Positions 8,011 to 18,236 of a stretch of 64,000 nt of DNA are shown piece after piece. The first letter of the stretch is position 1. Each line of letters begins with the position of its first letter. The DNA is from Clostridia bacterium. Lineage in GTDB: Bacteria > Bacillota > Peptococcia > DRI-13 > SM3-B62. Made by a program: the position numbers and the translations under genes. The notes under the pieces were generated by a model. That model was given only the letters and a program-made list of their open reading frames with translations. It was not told the DNA's origin and made no database searches. The stretch is from contig JAHDSQ010000004.1 in NCBI GenBank assembly GCA_018432615.1, positions 16,203-80,202 on the forward strand, in the 5' to 3' direction.

Positions 8011-9084
8011 ATGATTAAAAAGCATTTGATGCTGGTCATCAATCCCGGTTCGACCTCAACGAAGCTGGCTATTTATGAAGAAGAAAAATGTCTTGTAGAA
8101 AAAACAATAGCTCATTCTGCAGAAGAACTGGGAGAATATAAGTCAGTAAATGACCAATTGGGTTTCAGAAAAAACAGAGTATTAAAATTCTTGGATGAAC
8201 AGAATACTGACCTGGGAAAGCTTAGCTGTATTGTTGCCAGAGGGGGATTGCTTAAACCTGTCCCGGGAGGAACTTATCCGGTAAACGAAGCGATGTATTC
8301 CGAATTAAAAAACACCACAAGAGAACATGCTTCTAATTTGGGGGCTCTGATAGCCTGGGAAATAGCAGGTAATAACGGGTTGGAATGTTACATCGTCGAT
8401 CCCGTTGTTGTCGATGAAATGTTCCCTTTAGCAAAGGTATGCGGACTCAAAGGGATTGAAAGAAAGAGTATTTTTCATGCCTTGAATCAAAAGGCATCAG
8501 CTCGTGAAGCGGCAATGCGGCTTAATAAGGAATACGGTGAGTGCAATCTGATCGTTGCACACCTAGGCGGAGGTATTTCGGTTGCTGTCCATCAGGGAGG
8601 CAGGATCATTGATGTTAATAACTGCCTGGACGGAGACGGTCCTTTCTCCCCCGAAAGGGCAGGAGGGCTGCCCGTATCCGCTGTGATCGAAAGATGCTTT
8701 CATAGCGGTTTGAGTGAAAAAGAAGTATATAAGGGGTTTGTCGGTAACGGCGGGTTGGTAAGTTTATTAGGGACAAATGATGCAAGGCAAGTTGAAAAGT
8801 TAATTGATTCAGGGCGGGAAGACGCTCTATTAGCCTATGAAGCCATGGCTTACCAGGTGGCAAAAGAAATTTGCGCCTGTGGAGCAGTTTTAAAAGGAAA
8901 GATTGATGCAATCGTTGTGACAGGAGGTATTGCCAATTCAACCAGAATGGTAAACTGGATTAAAGAAAGGGTCGAATTTATGGCTCAGGTCATTGTTTTT
9001 CCGGGTGAAAATGAACTAGAAGCCTTGGTCGGCGGGGCATTGCGCGTGCTGAGGGGAGAAGAAGAACCGCAGGAATATATGTAG
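8011..9084 (+). CDS. buk: Butyrate kinase
   Basis: N-terminal LVINPGSTSTKLAIYEEE and overall acetate/butyrate kinase fold motifs; 357 aa. Confidence 0.9.
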   Translation: MIKKHLMLVINPGSTSTKLAIYEEEKCLVEKTIAHSAEELGEYKSVNDQLGFRKNRVLKFLDEQNTDLGKLSCIVARGGLLKPVPGGTYPVNEAMYSELKNTTREHASNLGALIAWEIAGNNGLECYIVDPVVVDEMFPLAKVCGLKGIERKSIFHALNQKASAREAAMRLNKEYGECNLIVAHLGGGISVAVHQGGRIIDVNNCLDGDGPFSPERAGGLPVSAVIERCFHSGLSEKEVYKGFVGNGGLVSLLGTNDARQVEKLIDSGREDALLAYEAMAYQVAKEICACGAVLKGKIDAIVVTGGIANSTRMVNWIKERVEFMAQVIVFPGENELEALVGGALRVLRGEEEPQEYM

Positions 9085-9101
9085 ATATGGCCAAAAAGAA
9101 A

Positions 9102-9143
9102 AAAGCGCTGAAAATGACCTTAAACCGTCATTTTCAGCGCTTT
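9102..9143. terminator. Bidirectional rho-independent terminator between buk and the convergent lipoprotein gene
   Basis: Perfect 17-bp stem AAAGCGCTGAAAATGAC / GTCATTTTCAGCGCTTT with an 8-nt loop. It is flanked by an A-run and a T-run. Confidence 0.8.
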
Positions 9144-9203
9144 ATACTTGGATACAACAGGTCGCCGGGTGGGATTTTAAGTGTTCGTAAAATGTTTGCT
9201 ACT

Positions 9204-10115
9204 TTAGCCCTCTGGTAATTCCGTCGGGAATTGAGAAGACAACATGCCGCTCAAATCCATAGCGTTGTTGATGACATCCTCGGGAATGACGATTTCAAAA
9301 TCATCATTCATGCCCGAATAGTGCATGGTCATAAAGGCTTCGATACCTTCAAGCATTGCTTGTTCTTCAGCATTAAGCTCTGCTTGTTCCTCCGCCGGCA
9401 GACCGGCGACAATGCCCTTGAGCATAGAGCCCAGATCCATTTCAAATTTTGTCATATAAAGGGTTTCCTTGTTCACCCAAGCCTTGTAAGATATGCCGTC
9501 CATAGCGGCAAACATCTGGTCAAAGAGGTCCGCGGAAGCCTGACCTAAAGAATAGGCTCCCATGATGTCTTTTAGCGCTTCTCCGTCTGCGGTTACTTCG
9601 ATAATGACAGTATCGGATTCATCGATTGTCTCATTGCCAACTATAGTAGCTTCTTTGATGAACTTTTCAGAAATGGCCAGACTGGTTTTAGGGTCCATCA
9701 TCTTCTTCATTTCTTCGTCGAAGGGTATTGTTACTTTCATCCATTGGTCTTCAGCTTCAGGAGTGCTAATGTATTCGGTCAGCGAATCGTCTTCCACCGT
9801 AAGATACATTTTCATGGGCATTTTTGTGTCGCCCATCTCCATGTCGTAATCGAAAGAAGCCAGTATCGGATCGACGCTGATAAGCCCCGAACCTTTCATC
9901 TCTATGGTGCCGACGGGATTATCCTCTGTGATCGGCATTTTCATAGTCATTTCCATATCAATTTCATATGTCTTTACATCTTGCATTGCTTCATTTGATG
10001 CCAGGATGATTTCTTTAGCCGACATTCCCTTTGTTAAATCATTCTTGTTGCATCCTGAAAAGAGCAAGCAAGTGACCGCCAGCAGTATAATCAGGACGTA
10101 AAAAACTCTTCGCAT
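9204..10115 (-). CDS. Putative secreted lipoprotein of unknown function
   Basis: Signal peptide with lipobox LFSGC, followed by an acidic Met/Glu-rich mature domain. Confidence 0.6.
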   Translation of the reverse strand: MRRVFYVLIILLAVTCLLFSGCNKNDLTKGMSAKEIILASNEAMQDVKTYEIDMEMTMKMPITEDNPVGTIEMKGSGLISVDPILASFDYDMEMGDTKMPMKMYLTVEDDSLTEYISTPEAEDQWMKVTIPFDEEMKKMMDPKTSLAISEKFIKEATIVGNETIDESDTVIIEVTADGEALKDIMGAYSLGQASADLFDQMFAAMDGISYKAWVNKETLYMTKFEMDLGSMLKGIVAGLPAEEQAELNAEEQAMLEGIEAFMTMHYSGMNDDFEIVIPEDVINNAMDLSGMLSSQFPTELPEG

Positions 10116-10203
10116 AACAATTCAACTCCTCTTTAAGTATCTCCATCCATTATATATGCACATTGGTAGAAGTCAACAGAGGGAAAATATGGCAGTTTGT
10201 TTA

Positions 10204-11448
10204 TCAACTGCTACCTATGAGTGCACAGAGGAGGTATGTAAAGAGAATCATTCCTGTCAAGGCAAAAGGATAGGTCGCACCATAACCAGCAGCCACATCG
10301 TTGGTAGAGGTTGCGTCAATTGCCGCTCCCAGCCCCGGCGTGCTGGTCATTCCTCCGCAGATAGCGCCGGAAAGCAGGATCCAATTGAGCTTGAAAACAT
10401 ATCTCCCGACAACAAAGCCGATAAGAATCGCAAAAATTGCGCTTGCCGCGGCTACCAACAGTAATGCTCCGGCGTTGTGTCCTATGCTGGAATTTATGGT
10501 GGTGTAACCGTATCTCAAACCGACGATGGTCAAAAACATTGCTAGGGAGATTTCCTTAATAACACCAAGAATCCGTGGATCCATTCGGAAGCTTATGGGG
10601 CCCATTTTCCCGAGATGGCCGAGGACAAGAGAAGAAATGAGGACGCCGCCGGTTGTGCCTAAACGGAAGTTGCCGCAGGAGACTTCGCCGAGGCACAGGC
10701 CGAAGAGACAGACGGAAAAGAAACCGACCAAATCAAAAAAGACCTGATTTTTGTTTGCAGCGGCAGGGGAACTTTCTCTTTCCTGAAGCTTCTTTTGCAA
10801 CTCGCAGGCAAACTCTTTGGTCTCCTTTTCAAGATCGAGGCGAAACAGCGCAGGGATTAACTGCATAGAAAGAATAACAACGATAACCCCTGGGATATAG
10901 CCTATGGCATAGCCGAAGCCAACCCGGCTGCCGGCGGCAGTTCCGTAAAAGGTGGTACTTTCCAGGGCCGCAGCCAAACCGGGGGAGCTTGTCAAGCCAC
11001 CGACGTATACGCCTAAAAGTTCAAAGGGGGTTTGAACGCTCCATAAAAATGTGGCGGCACCGATTACCAGCGCTCCGGAGAGGGGAATAAGAAAACCTAG
11101 GATAATCAGCTTAATACCGTATCTTGCATAAATCTTGCCGACGTCCTTGGCGGCAATCAGACCGACAGAAGCGATGAAAAGGATCAAAGAAAAAGAAAAC
11201 AAGGCCTCGGGGATTAAGCCGTTATTGATGATTGTACCCACTTTATCCGGGATATTATCGAGACCGATAAAGGGCAAGACGCACTTCTTGTACACATACC
11301 AGCCTAGTAAAAGTCCCGTAAAAAGACAGCCGGAGGTGGCAAGCCTATAACGGCCAAGCTTTATCTTTCCCAGGAAGAGTCCTGAAATAGCGGCAGTGAA
11401 AATCAAGAAGAAGGGGTTTAAGCAAAGCGACAAAGAGTTGAAGTTCAT
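10204..11448 (-). CDS. Membrane transporter with duplicated YidE/YbjL (aspartate:alanine exchanger, AAE family) domains
   Basis: Two homologous halves, each starting with a G-rich TM pattern (FLGKIKLGRYRLATSGCLFTGLLLGW; LGEVSCGNFRLGTTGGVLISSLVLG). Confidence 0.7.
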   Translation of the reverse strand: MNFNSLSLCLNPFFLIFTAAISGLFLGKIKLGRYRLATSGCLFTGLLLGWYVYKKCVLPFIGLDNIPDKVGTIINNGLIPEALFSFSLILFIASVGLIAAKDVGKIYARYGIKLIILGFLIPLSGALVIGAATFLWSVQTPFELLGVYVGGLTSSPGLAAALESTTFYGTAAGSRVGFGYAIGYIPGVIVVILSMQLIPALFRLDLEKETKEFACELQKKLQERESSPAAANKNQVFFDLVGFFSVCLFGLCLGEVSCGNFRLGTTGGVLISSLVLGHLGKMGPISFRMDPRILGVIKEISLAMFLTIVGLRYGYTTINSSIGHNAGALLLVAAASAIFAILIGFVVGRYVFKLNWILLSGAICGGMTSTPGLGAAIDATSTNDVAAGYGATYPFALTGMILFTYLLCALIGSS

Positions 11449-11477
11449 TTAGTCGGCCTCCTGTTTAGCAGCCAGGG

Positions 11478-12482
11478 TTAAAAGTCTATAACGGATTTGT
11501 TAATACTCTTGATATCCTTACACCCGGTTAATAGCATGGACTGTACTAACTGTTTATGGATACCCTGCAGGTATTCGCGGACTCCGTTTTCCTGATCGCA
11601 GAACACGGAGATACCGAGAGGTCTGCCGATCAACACCGCGTCGGCACCCAAAGCCAGCATCTTTAAAACATCGGAACCGGAACGAATCCCGCCGTCGACA
11701 AGAATTGGCACACGTCCGTTTATCCTAGCGGCTATGTCCGGCAGCACCTCGGCAGTTCCCTTAGTACCATCCAGGACCCTGCCCCCGTGGTTGGAAACAA
11801 CAATGGCATCGGCACCAATGGCAACTGCGGTTTCGGCTTCTTCGGCGTCCATAATGCCCTTGAGTATCACCTTTAAGGGTATCTTGGCCAGCAGTTTTTC
11901 CATTTCCGCCGGTCCTCTGAGGGGAATAGAAGCCCCCATGAGGTTAACTGTTCCTAAACCGATGGCGTCTATGTCGATACCGATTACTTGTGTTCCGGCC
12001 TTTTGGGCCGCGTCTATTTTATCGAAGAACATCTGATCATCCCACGGTTTAATGAAGGGAATACCATGTCCGCTAGCTTTTTTAATGGCCTCAAAGGCGG
12101 TTTGGTGGATGTATGAAGGGACACCGTCGCCGGTGCACCCAACGGTGCCTTCGGCACAGCAACCGTTGATAATGGCCTCGACGTAATCTTCCTCAGACAT
12201 CTTTTTACTCATATTAAATGAAACGCCGCCGATAGGAGCCGCCATTATTGGCATACTAAGCTTCATACCCAGTAATTCCGTGGCTGTTGTGGGTAAGCTT
12301 GTACAGTGTAATACCCGCATTTTTAGTCTTACTGCGGATAATGCTTCAATATTAGCGACGAAGGAGGTCCCGCTACCGGTGCCGCCCATACCCGGAACTT
12401 CCCCGGCACAAGCCTTGCCGTTACAGACGGGGCATACCTTGCAAAAGCCCTCCATCAAGCTTTTAGCCTGATCGGTATTCAT
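11478..12482 (-). CDS. FMN-dependent alpha-hydroxy-acid oxidising/dehydrogenase family protein with an N-terminal Cys4 motif
   Basis: TIM-barrel FMN motifs (VVSNHGGRVLDG, VDGGIRSGSDVLK). N-terminal CKVCPVCNGKAC. Confidence 0.75.
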   Translation of the reverse strand: MNTDQAKSLMEGFCKVCPVCNGKACAGEVPGMGGTGSGTSFVANIEALSAVRLKMRVLHCTSLPTTATELLGMKLSMPIMAAPIGGVSFNMSKKMSEEDYVEAIINGCCAEGTVGCTGDGVPSYIHQTAFEAIKKASGHGIPFIKPWDDQMFFDKIDAAQKAGTQVIGIDIDAIGLGTVNLMGASIPLRGPAEMEKLLAKIPLKVILKGIMDAEEAETAVAIGADAIVVSNHGGRVLDGTKGTAEVLPDIAARINGRVPILVDGGIRSGSDVLKMLALGADAVLIGRPLGISVFCDQENGVREYLQGIHKQLVQSMLLTGCKDIKSINKSVIDF

Positions 12483-12594
12483 CCTGCATCATCCTTTACA
12501 AAATACTATTTAATTCCATGATACTATGTTAATATAGATTGTAGTCAATTACAATTCGCAAATATAAAAACTATTCATAACAAGGGGCAGAGCA

Positions 12595-14496
12595 GTGATA
12601 GTTCTACAAACAAAGGGGTTGAAAAAATCCTTTGGTGTGCAAAACATTTTCCAAAACATAGAGATGGTAATACAAGAAAAAGAAAAGGTAGGTCTGGTCG
12701 GACCCAATGGTGCCGGTAAAACCACCCTGCTACGCTGTCTGACGGGAGAGGAACCGGTAGATGAGGGGCAGGTCGTTAAGCCGGAGGCGGTTACTTGGGG
12801 ATATATGGAACAGATACAGGCATACCCTGCAAAAATGACGCTCTTTGAAACTGTGATGGAAGAATTCGCCGATCTTTTGGCCCTCAGGAAAAGGCTGCGG
12901 CAGCTCGAGGTGCAGATGGGTGATAAAAACGAGAAGCGGTTGGAGCAAACCTTGGCTAATTATGCGAGAATCACAGAAGATTATGAACGATCAGGCGGAT
13001 TCAGTTGTGAGGCCATGGCTAGAAGAGTTATTGCAGGCTTGGGTTTCAATGAAGAAGACCAGTCAAGGGAAATCCAAACCTTCAGTGGTGGGGAAAAGAC
13101 TAAAGTGGGCTTAGCGAAAATTTTAGTAAGAAAGCCAGACCTACTGCTTTTGGATGAGCCGACGAATCATCTGGACTTACCTGCCGTTGAGTGGTTGGAG
13201 GGCTTTTTGAAAAGCTATACCGGGGCTCTGCTCGTGGTATCCCATGACCGTTACTTTTTGGATCAGGTGGCGGATAGGACATTGGAACTGGAGGCAGGCA
13301 AACTGGAAAGCTATCCCGGCAATTTCAGTCGTTATGTGCAGTTGAAAGAAGAAAAAACGGCAGCCCAGTTAAAAGCTTACGCAAAACAGGAAAAATACAT
13401 CAAGGAAACCGAAGAGTATATTAATAGATACCGAGCCGGAATCAAGTCAAAACAAGCCAGGGGCAGACAGTCCCAACTGGCAAGACTGGAGCGGTTGAAC
13501 AGCCCTAAGAACGCAAAGACTATAAGAATAGAGGTCCGGGGAGTAAAGGACAGTGGCAATATAGTCTTGAATGTGCGGGAACTGACCCTTTCCTATGGGG
13601 AGAAAAAACTATGGGAAAAAGTTAGTTTTAGAATCACCAAGCAAGAAAGAATAGGGCTAATCGGGCGCAACGGTACGGGAAAAAGCTCCCTTTTTAAGGC
13701 TATTACCGGGGAAATAGAACCGGATTGCGGAGAAGTTATCGTAGGGGCCAGGGTAAAACCGGGGTATTTTGCTCAGGAGTGTCAAGACCTGACGGAGCAT
13801 AACAGGATTATTGACGAGATACTGGGCGCTACGGAGCTTACGGTGGGTGAAGCAAGGGATGTGTTGGGTGATTTCCTGTTTCGGGGAGAAGAGGTGTTTA
13901 AGCAGGTTAAAGACCTAAGTGGAGGCGAGAAAAAACGGCTTTCCTTTTTGAAAAACATCTTGGGAGACGCAAATTTTCTGCTTCTTGACGAACCGACCAA
14001 TCACCTGGATATTGCTTCCAGAGCGGTTATCGAGGACTATCTGAGCAAATATGAAGGGACCATACTTGTCATATCACACGACCGTTATTTCTTGGATAGA
14101 ATAACTACCAGAACGCTGGAGCTAAGCGAAAAGGGGCTGGAGGATCATCCCGGCAATTACACTTCATACAAAGAAAAAAGGGCGGAAATCCGGCGGGAAC
14201 AGGAAAAAGAGGAAAAGACGCCAAGAAATGATAAGCAAAAGAAAGCAGAGGGAAAAAACAAGACTATAATAAATAAGGCCCGGACTCGGGAAGAAATTGA
14301 ACAACTGGAGGACAATATAGCTCAACTGGAGGAGCGGCTCCAAGTATTGGCGGAACTGTTGGCAGACGCCTCAACCTATCGCGCTGAGGATACTGCCAGA
14401 GAATATACCCTGGAGTACAGGGGCCTGGAGGAAGAAATTTCTCGGGGTTATCAACAATGGGAAAGGCTAATGAAACTATTAGTGGAAAGGGGATAA
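12595..14496 (+). CDS. ABC-F family ATPase (two ABC domains, no TM domain, coiled-coil C-terminal extension)
   Basis: Walker A GPNGAGKTT and GRNGTGKSS. Signature motifs FSGGEKTKV and LSGGEKKRL. Lys/Glu-rich tail. Confidence 0.9.
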   Translation: MIVLQTKGLKKSFGVQNIFQNIEMVIQEKEKVGLVGPNGAGKTTLLRCLTGEEPVDEGQVVKPEAVTWGYMEQIQAYPAKMTLFETVMEEFADLLALRKRLRQLEVQMGDKNEKRLEQTLANYARITEDYERSGGFSCEAMARRVIAGLGFNEEDQSREIQTFSGGEKTKVGLAKILVRKPDLLLLDEPTNHLDLPAVEWLEGFLKSYTGALLVVSHDRYFLDQVADRTLELEAGKLESYPGNFSRYVQLKEEKTAAQLKAYAKQEKYIKETEEYINRYRAGIKSKQARGRQSQLARLERLNSPKNAKTIRIEVRGVKDSGNIVLNVRELTLSYGEKKLWEKVSFRITKQERIGLIGRNGTGKSSLFKAITGEIEPDCGEVIVGARVKPGYFAQECQDLTEHNRIIDEILGATELTVGEARDVLGDFLFRGEEVFKQVKDLSGGEKKRLSFLKNILGDANFLLLDEPTNHLDIASRAVIEDYLSKYEGTILVISHDRYFLDRITTRTLELSEKGLEDHPGNYTSYKEKRAEIRREQEKEEKTPRNDKQKKAEGKNKTIINKARTREEIEQLEDNIAQLEERLQVLAELLADASTYRAEDTAREYTLEYRGLEEEISRGYQQWERLMKLLVERG

Positions 14497-14503
14497 AAAC
14501 AAA

Positions 14504-15454
14504 ATGTTTGAATCCTTGCAAAAATTGCGGGAAAATATAGCCCGGGTAGTGATTGGGAAACAAGAGGTGACCGATCTCTTACTGGTGGGGCTTTTGGCGG
14601 AGGGGCACATCTTGATCGAGGATGTGCCGGGTGTAGGCAAAACCTTGATGGCTAAAGCCCTGGCAGCTTCTCTCGATTGTAAGTTTCGGAGATTGCAGTT
14701 TACTCCGGATTTGACTCCCACTGATGTTACAGGGTTCTTTGTATTCGACCGGAAAGCCAATGAATTTACTTTTCGTTCCGGTCCGGTCATGACAAATATC
14801 CTTTTGGCCGACGAAATCAACCGCGGCATACCTCGTACACAATCCAGCCTCTTGGAGGTCATGGAAGAAAGACAGGTGACCGTCGATAACCACACCTTTT
14901 GTTTGCCGCGTCCCTACATGGTTTTGGCCACACAAAACCCCATCGAACTGGAAGGGACCTTCCCGCTGCCGGAGGCACAACTCGACCGTTTCCTGCTGAA
15001 AATTAAAGTTGGCTACCCTACGGCTGCGGATGAAGAAAGAATAATTGCCACCCACGGGAAACAAAGCGCCTTAGACTGCTTGCAAGCTGTTGCTAAGGGG
15101 GAAGACGTTTTGGCTTGGCAGGAACAGTGCCGGCAGGTACATGTAGAACAAGATTTGGTTAAATATATCATTTCCCTAATCAGAGCCACCCGCGAGCATC
15201 AGGCTTTGGCCTTGGGGGCCAGTCCTAGGGCCTGTTTGGCTGTTTACCGCGCCGTACGGGCTTATGCAGTGATTGAAGGAAGAGATTACGTTATTCCTGA
15301 CGATATCAAATACCTGGCCGGTTTTGTTCTCGGCCATCGTCTGATTCTGCGGAGAGAGGATCGCTTGCGCGGTCTTCGTGCCGAAAAGGTCTTGGAAGAT
15401 ATCTTGGCGGAGCTGCCCCTGGAACTTGCACAGGGGGCACAGAAATCATCATGA
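14504..15454 (+). CDS. MoxR-family AAA+ ATPase
   Basis: Walker A VPGVGKT and Walker B LLADEINR, followed by the typical MoxR lid domain. Confidence 0.9.
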   Translation: MFESLQKLRENIARVVIGKQEVTDLLLVGLLAEGHILIEDVPGVGKTLMAKALAASLDCKFRRLQFTPDLTPTDVTGFFVFDRKANEFTFRSGPVMTNILLADEINRGIPRTQSSLLEVMEERQVTVDNHTFCLPRPYMVLATQNPIELEGTFPLPEAQLDRFLLKIKVGYPTAADEERIIATHGKQSALDCLQAVAKGEDVLAWQEQCRQVHVEQDLVKYIISLIRATREHQALALGASPRACLAVYRAVRAYAVIEGRDYVIPDDIKYLAGFVLGHRLILRREDRLRGLRAEKVLEDILAELPLELAQGAQKSS

Positions 15455-16608
15455 TTCCCGGTCTGCGGTTTACCTCGATTTATACAAGCGGATTATTGCG
15501 GTTTGCTGTTGTTGTTGGGCTCGTCCTGCTCCTTGCGGGTGGGTATTACCTGCCCGCCTCATTGCTTTTTTTCTTACTGCTTACCGTAGAAGGTGCACGG
15601 CTATGGAGTATTGTCGCTTTACGGCGTTTGGAAATAAGGCGGATGGTAGAACCTTTATGCCTTTTTCCGGGAGACGAAGGGACTATGGCAATAAAGATTC
15701 GTAATTGCAAGAGGCTACCTTTTTTGCTCTATTGGTACCAGCTGTTTCCTCCCGAAATGGTCGAAGAGTGCGGGCAAGAAGAGAGAAAGGAAAGAGTCTC
15801 TTTTTCCGGGCGCAGGTTTATCAAATGGCACCTGGAGTTTAAAACTAAAGCGTCTTTTATTGCCCAAAAACGGGGCTTTTACAGGTTTCCTTCCCTGCAG
15901 TTGGCAGCCAAGGACGGCCTGGGCTTGTTTCATCAGGATAAAAACCATCAGGAAGAGACCCCTGTTATTGTTTACCCTCAGCTTATTCCCCTGCCGGAAA
16001 TAGGGCTGTCTCCCGACGATATTATCGGCGACCGGCGTGTCAGCCGTCCTTTATTGACAGACCCTACAAGAGTGGCGGGGCTTTGCGAATACACATCCGA
16101 CATGCCGGCCAGGCTCATTAACTGGAAAGCCAGCGCAAGCAAAAATGTGCTGCTGGCTAAGATTTTAGAACCTACGGCTAATCTGCAAATATGCCTGGCC
16201 ATTGATGTCGACGAATACCTGCTCCCTGAGGTCGATCTGGAGAGGTTTGAGACGGCTTTGTCTGTTGCCGCGTCGCTTATTTGCTGGGCCGATACCCATA
16301 ATATTCCTTGCGGATTGGTCTGTAACGGGCTGCAAAAGGAATTGGAAAGTCCAGTGGCGATTCCCGTAACCAGAAATCATAACCATGCGGCCGTGATGTT
16401 AGAAGCATTGGCTCGTTTGGAACCATGTGCAGAGCAGCCTCTGGAGAGCTTATTTAACAAGGAAGTTGTTTGCTTCCCCTGGGGGACGACTCTCGTCGTT
16501 GTCGGTGAAAGAATACCCCCTGCCGGATACGCCTATTTTCGGCACAGGGTGTGTTTTGACTTCCCTAAGGCGACGTCCGCCGAAAACAAACCCGGGGAGG
16601 AGGTGTGA
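15451..16608 (+). CDS. DUF58 domain protein (MoxR partner)
   Basis: Two N-terminal TM segments. Its start overlaps the MoxR stop by 4 nt. This is the usual position downstream of moxR. Confidence 0.75.
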   Translation: MIPGLRFTSIYTSGLLRFAVVVGLVLLLAGGYYLPASLLFFLLLTVEGARLWSIVALRRLEIRRMVEPLCLFPGDEGTMAIKIRNCKRLPFLLYWYQLFPPEMVEECGQEERKERVSFSGRRFIKWHLEFKTKASFIAQKRGFYRFPSLQLAAKDGLGLFHQDKNHQEETPVIVYPQLIPLPEIGLSPDDIIGDRRVSRPLLTDPTRVAGLCEYTSDMPARLINWKASASKNVLLAKILEPTANLQICLAIDVDEYLLPEVDLERFETALSVAASLICWADTHNIPCGLVCNGLQKELESPVAIPVTRNHNHAAVMLEALARLEPCAEQPLESLFNKEVVCFPWGTTLVVVGERIPPAGYAYFRHRVCFDFPKATSAENKPGEEV

Positions 16609-17933
16609 AGGCGTTGGAAATAAGTAAAACAACAATGACAACCTCTTTGGTGCTGGCGGAGTCATGTTATCTCTACCCTCTCTACCAGATAATTTGTCTG
16701 GGTGTAGAGGCAGAGATAATCGTACAGCCTTTTACGTTTCTAACCCTTGCTGTTTTTTCAGTCTTGGTAAACCTCGTCCTCAAAAAGGGTAGCTATCGTA
16801 ATGCCACCATTTTTGGTACAAACCTTTTACTGCTATTATTTTTATTGCTTATTGCCATGGGAGCGAGGACCGTTTTTGTGCCGCCACCGACGGGTGAATT
16901 TGCTGCCTGGGTCGGGTATCTTTTCAGCATTATTCTCGTTGCCCTTATCTGGTTAAGAGGACTTCGCCTGGCACGCCGGGAGGACATCGAAGTGTTCGGC
17001 CAATTTGATAAAAACATTGCCCTAACGTTTTTGCTGTTCCTCTTGATCAGTATGACAGGGCTGGATATCCCCGGCAGTAAATACTGGTTGTCATTTTCTT
17101 TTTTATTAAACCTTGCTGCCGTAGCTGTTAAGCAGTCGGCGGAAGGCAGCAGTTTGGAAATACCACAGTGGGTTGTGATAGGGCCGGCAGCAGTCTTTTT
17201 TGCAGTAGCGGTTCTTTCTCAGTTTTTTCTTCCTGCCTTACAGGGTCCGGCCCAGGTAGTGTACGATATTGTCACACCGGTGGCGAGCTTTTTTACCCGT
17301 GCCTTTTTATTTGTTCTGGTGGCAGTTTTAAGGGCCGCCCATATGGCGCCGCAAGCTTCTTCGGAGTCAAACGGGGCAGCTGTGATGAGCGGGGAAATGA
17401 GTGAAAGCGAGATGGATACGACCCTGTTGGACTTATTCCTTTCCATTATCTTTGTGGTATTTGGGGTTATCCTGGTCCTTGTCCTTTTAGCAATCATCAT
17501 CTATTTGTGCCGCTTATTTTATCTCTGGCTCCTAAAAAGACAAGAACCGGGTTTGCGAGCCGAAAAAGGCAGACGTAAGCTTTTTTTTCTACAAATCCTC
17601 AAAGAGGTTTGGCAACGGTTACTGGCAGGTCTGTATTATACCTTTTTGCCCTGGCTGCCGGCTGGAATGAGCGCGGCTTTGGCTTATCAAGCCCTCTTAC
17701 GGTGGGCAGCATACCGCAACTGCCCGCGGAGGGAGCAGGAGACCCCGTACGAATATTATGGACGGCTAAGAGAACGTTTCCCCAAGCATCGAGAGGAATT
17801 AAGGCAGCTGACGGAATATTACGTTGAACACAAATACGGTCAAAAAAAGAACCGGGATGGAAGGCAATTGAGGATATTAATGAGAAGACTTTATCTTTAT
17901 CACATCTTTTCGAGAAATAAGAAACTCAAATGA
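16605..17933 (+). CDS. Polytopic membrane protein with a C-terminal DUF4129-like domain
   Basis: Many TM helices. The C-terminal ETPYEYYGRLRERFP...YVEHKYG resembles DUF4129. GTGA start/stop overlap with the DUF58 gene. No transglutaminase Cys-His-Asp core was recognised. Confidence 0.65.
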   Translation: MKALEISKTTMTTSLVLAESCYLYPLYQIICLGVEAEIIVQPFTFLTLAVFSVLVNLVLKKGSYRNATIFGTNLLLLLFLLLIAMGARTVFVPPPTGEFAAWVGYLFSIILVALIWLRGLRLARREDIEVFGQFDKNIALTFLLFLLISMTGLDIPGSKYWLSFSFLLNLAAVAVKQSAEGSSLEIPQWVVIGPAAVFFAVAVLSQFFLPALQGPAQVVYDIVTPVASFFTRAFLFVLVAVLRAAHMAPQASSESNGAAVMSGEMSESEMDTTLLDLFLSIIFVVFGVILVLVLLAIIIYLCRLFYLWLLKRQEPGLRAEKGRRKLFFLQILKEVWQRLLAGLYYTFLPWLPAGMSAALAYQALLRWAAYRNCPRREQETPYEYYGRLRERFPKHREELRQLTEYYVEHKYGQKKNRDGRQLRILMRRLYLYHIFSRNKKLK

Positions 17934-17958
17934 CAGCGAGAAAAATAACTATAAAGAA

Positions 17959-17997
17959 GCTCTGTGTGTTTCCTAGAGGACACATAGGGCTTTTTTT
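17959..17997 (+). terminator. Rho-independent terminator after the MoxR operon
   Basis: 10-bp stem GCUCUGUGUG/CACAUAGGGC (with G-U pairs) followed by TTTTTTT. Confidence 0.7.
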
Positions 17998-18040
17998 ACA
18001 TCTTCGGTCTTATTGTAAGAAAGAAGAGTTAATACATGCA

Positions 18041-18058
18041 TGCGTTTCGATGAAACAC
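18041..18058. promoter_or_regulatory. Candidate upstream activator site (UAS1): TGCGTTTC-GAT-GAAACAC
   Basis: The palindromic core GTTTC-N3-GAAAC is shared with the large palindrome at 30143-30193. Its centre lies about 108 bp upstream of the -24 GG of the sigma-54 promoter at 18156. Confidence 0.5.
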
Positions 18059-18155
18059 TAATATTACAACTATTGTTTTATATGGAACAAAGCATAAAAC
18101 GCTATTGATATCGTGGGAGAGTTGATACTGCTACCAAAAACTATATATTACTCGT

Positions 18156-18171
18156 TGGCATGAATTTTGCA
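18156..18171 (+). promoter_or_regulatory. Sigma-54 (-24/-12) promoter P1
   Basis: TGGCATGAATTTTGCA matches TGGCAC-N5-TTGCA, 66 nt upstream of the ATG at 18237. Confidence 0.75.
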
Positions 18172-18236
18172 AAAGTATTTATATGTATTAACAATTGCTG
18201 TGGCGTGTATTTGAATCCGAAGCGGGAGGGAAGAGA

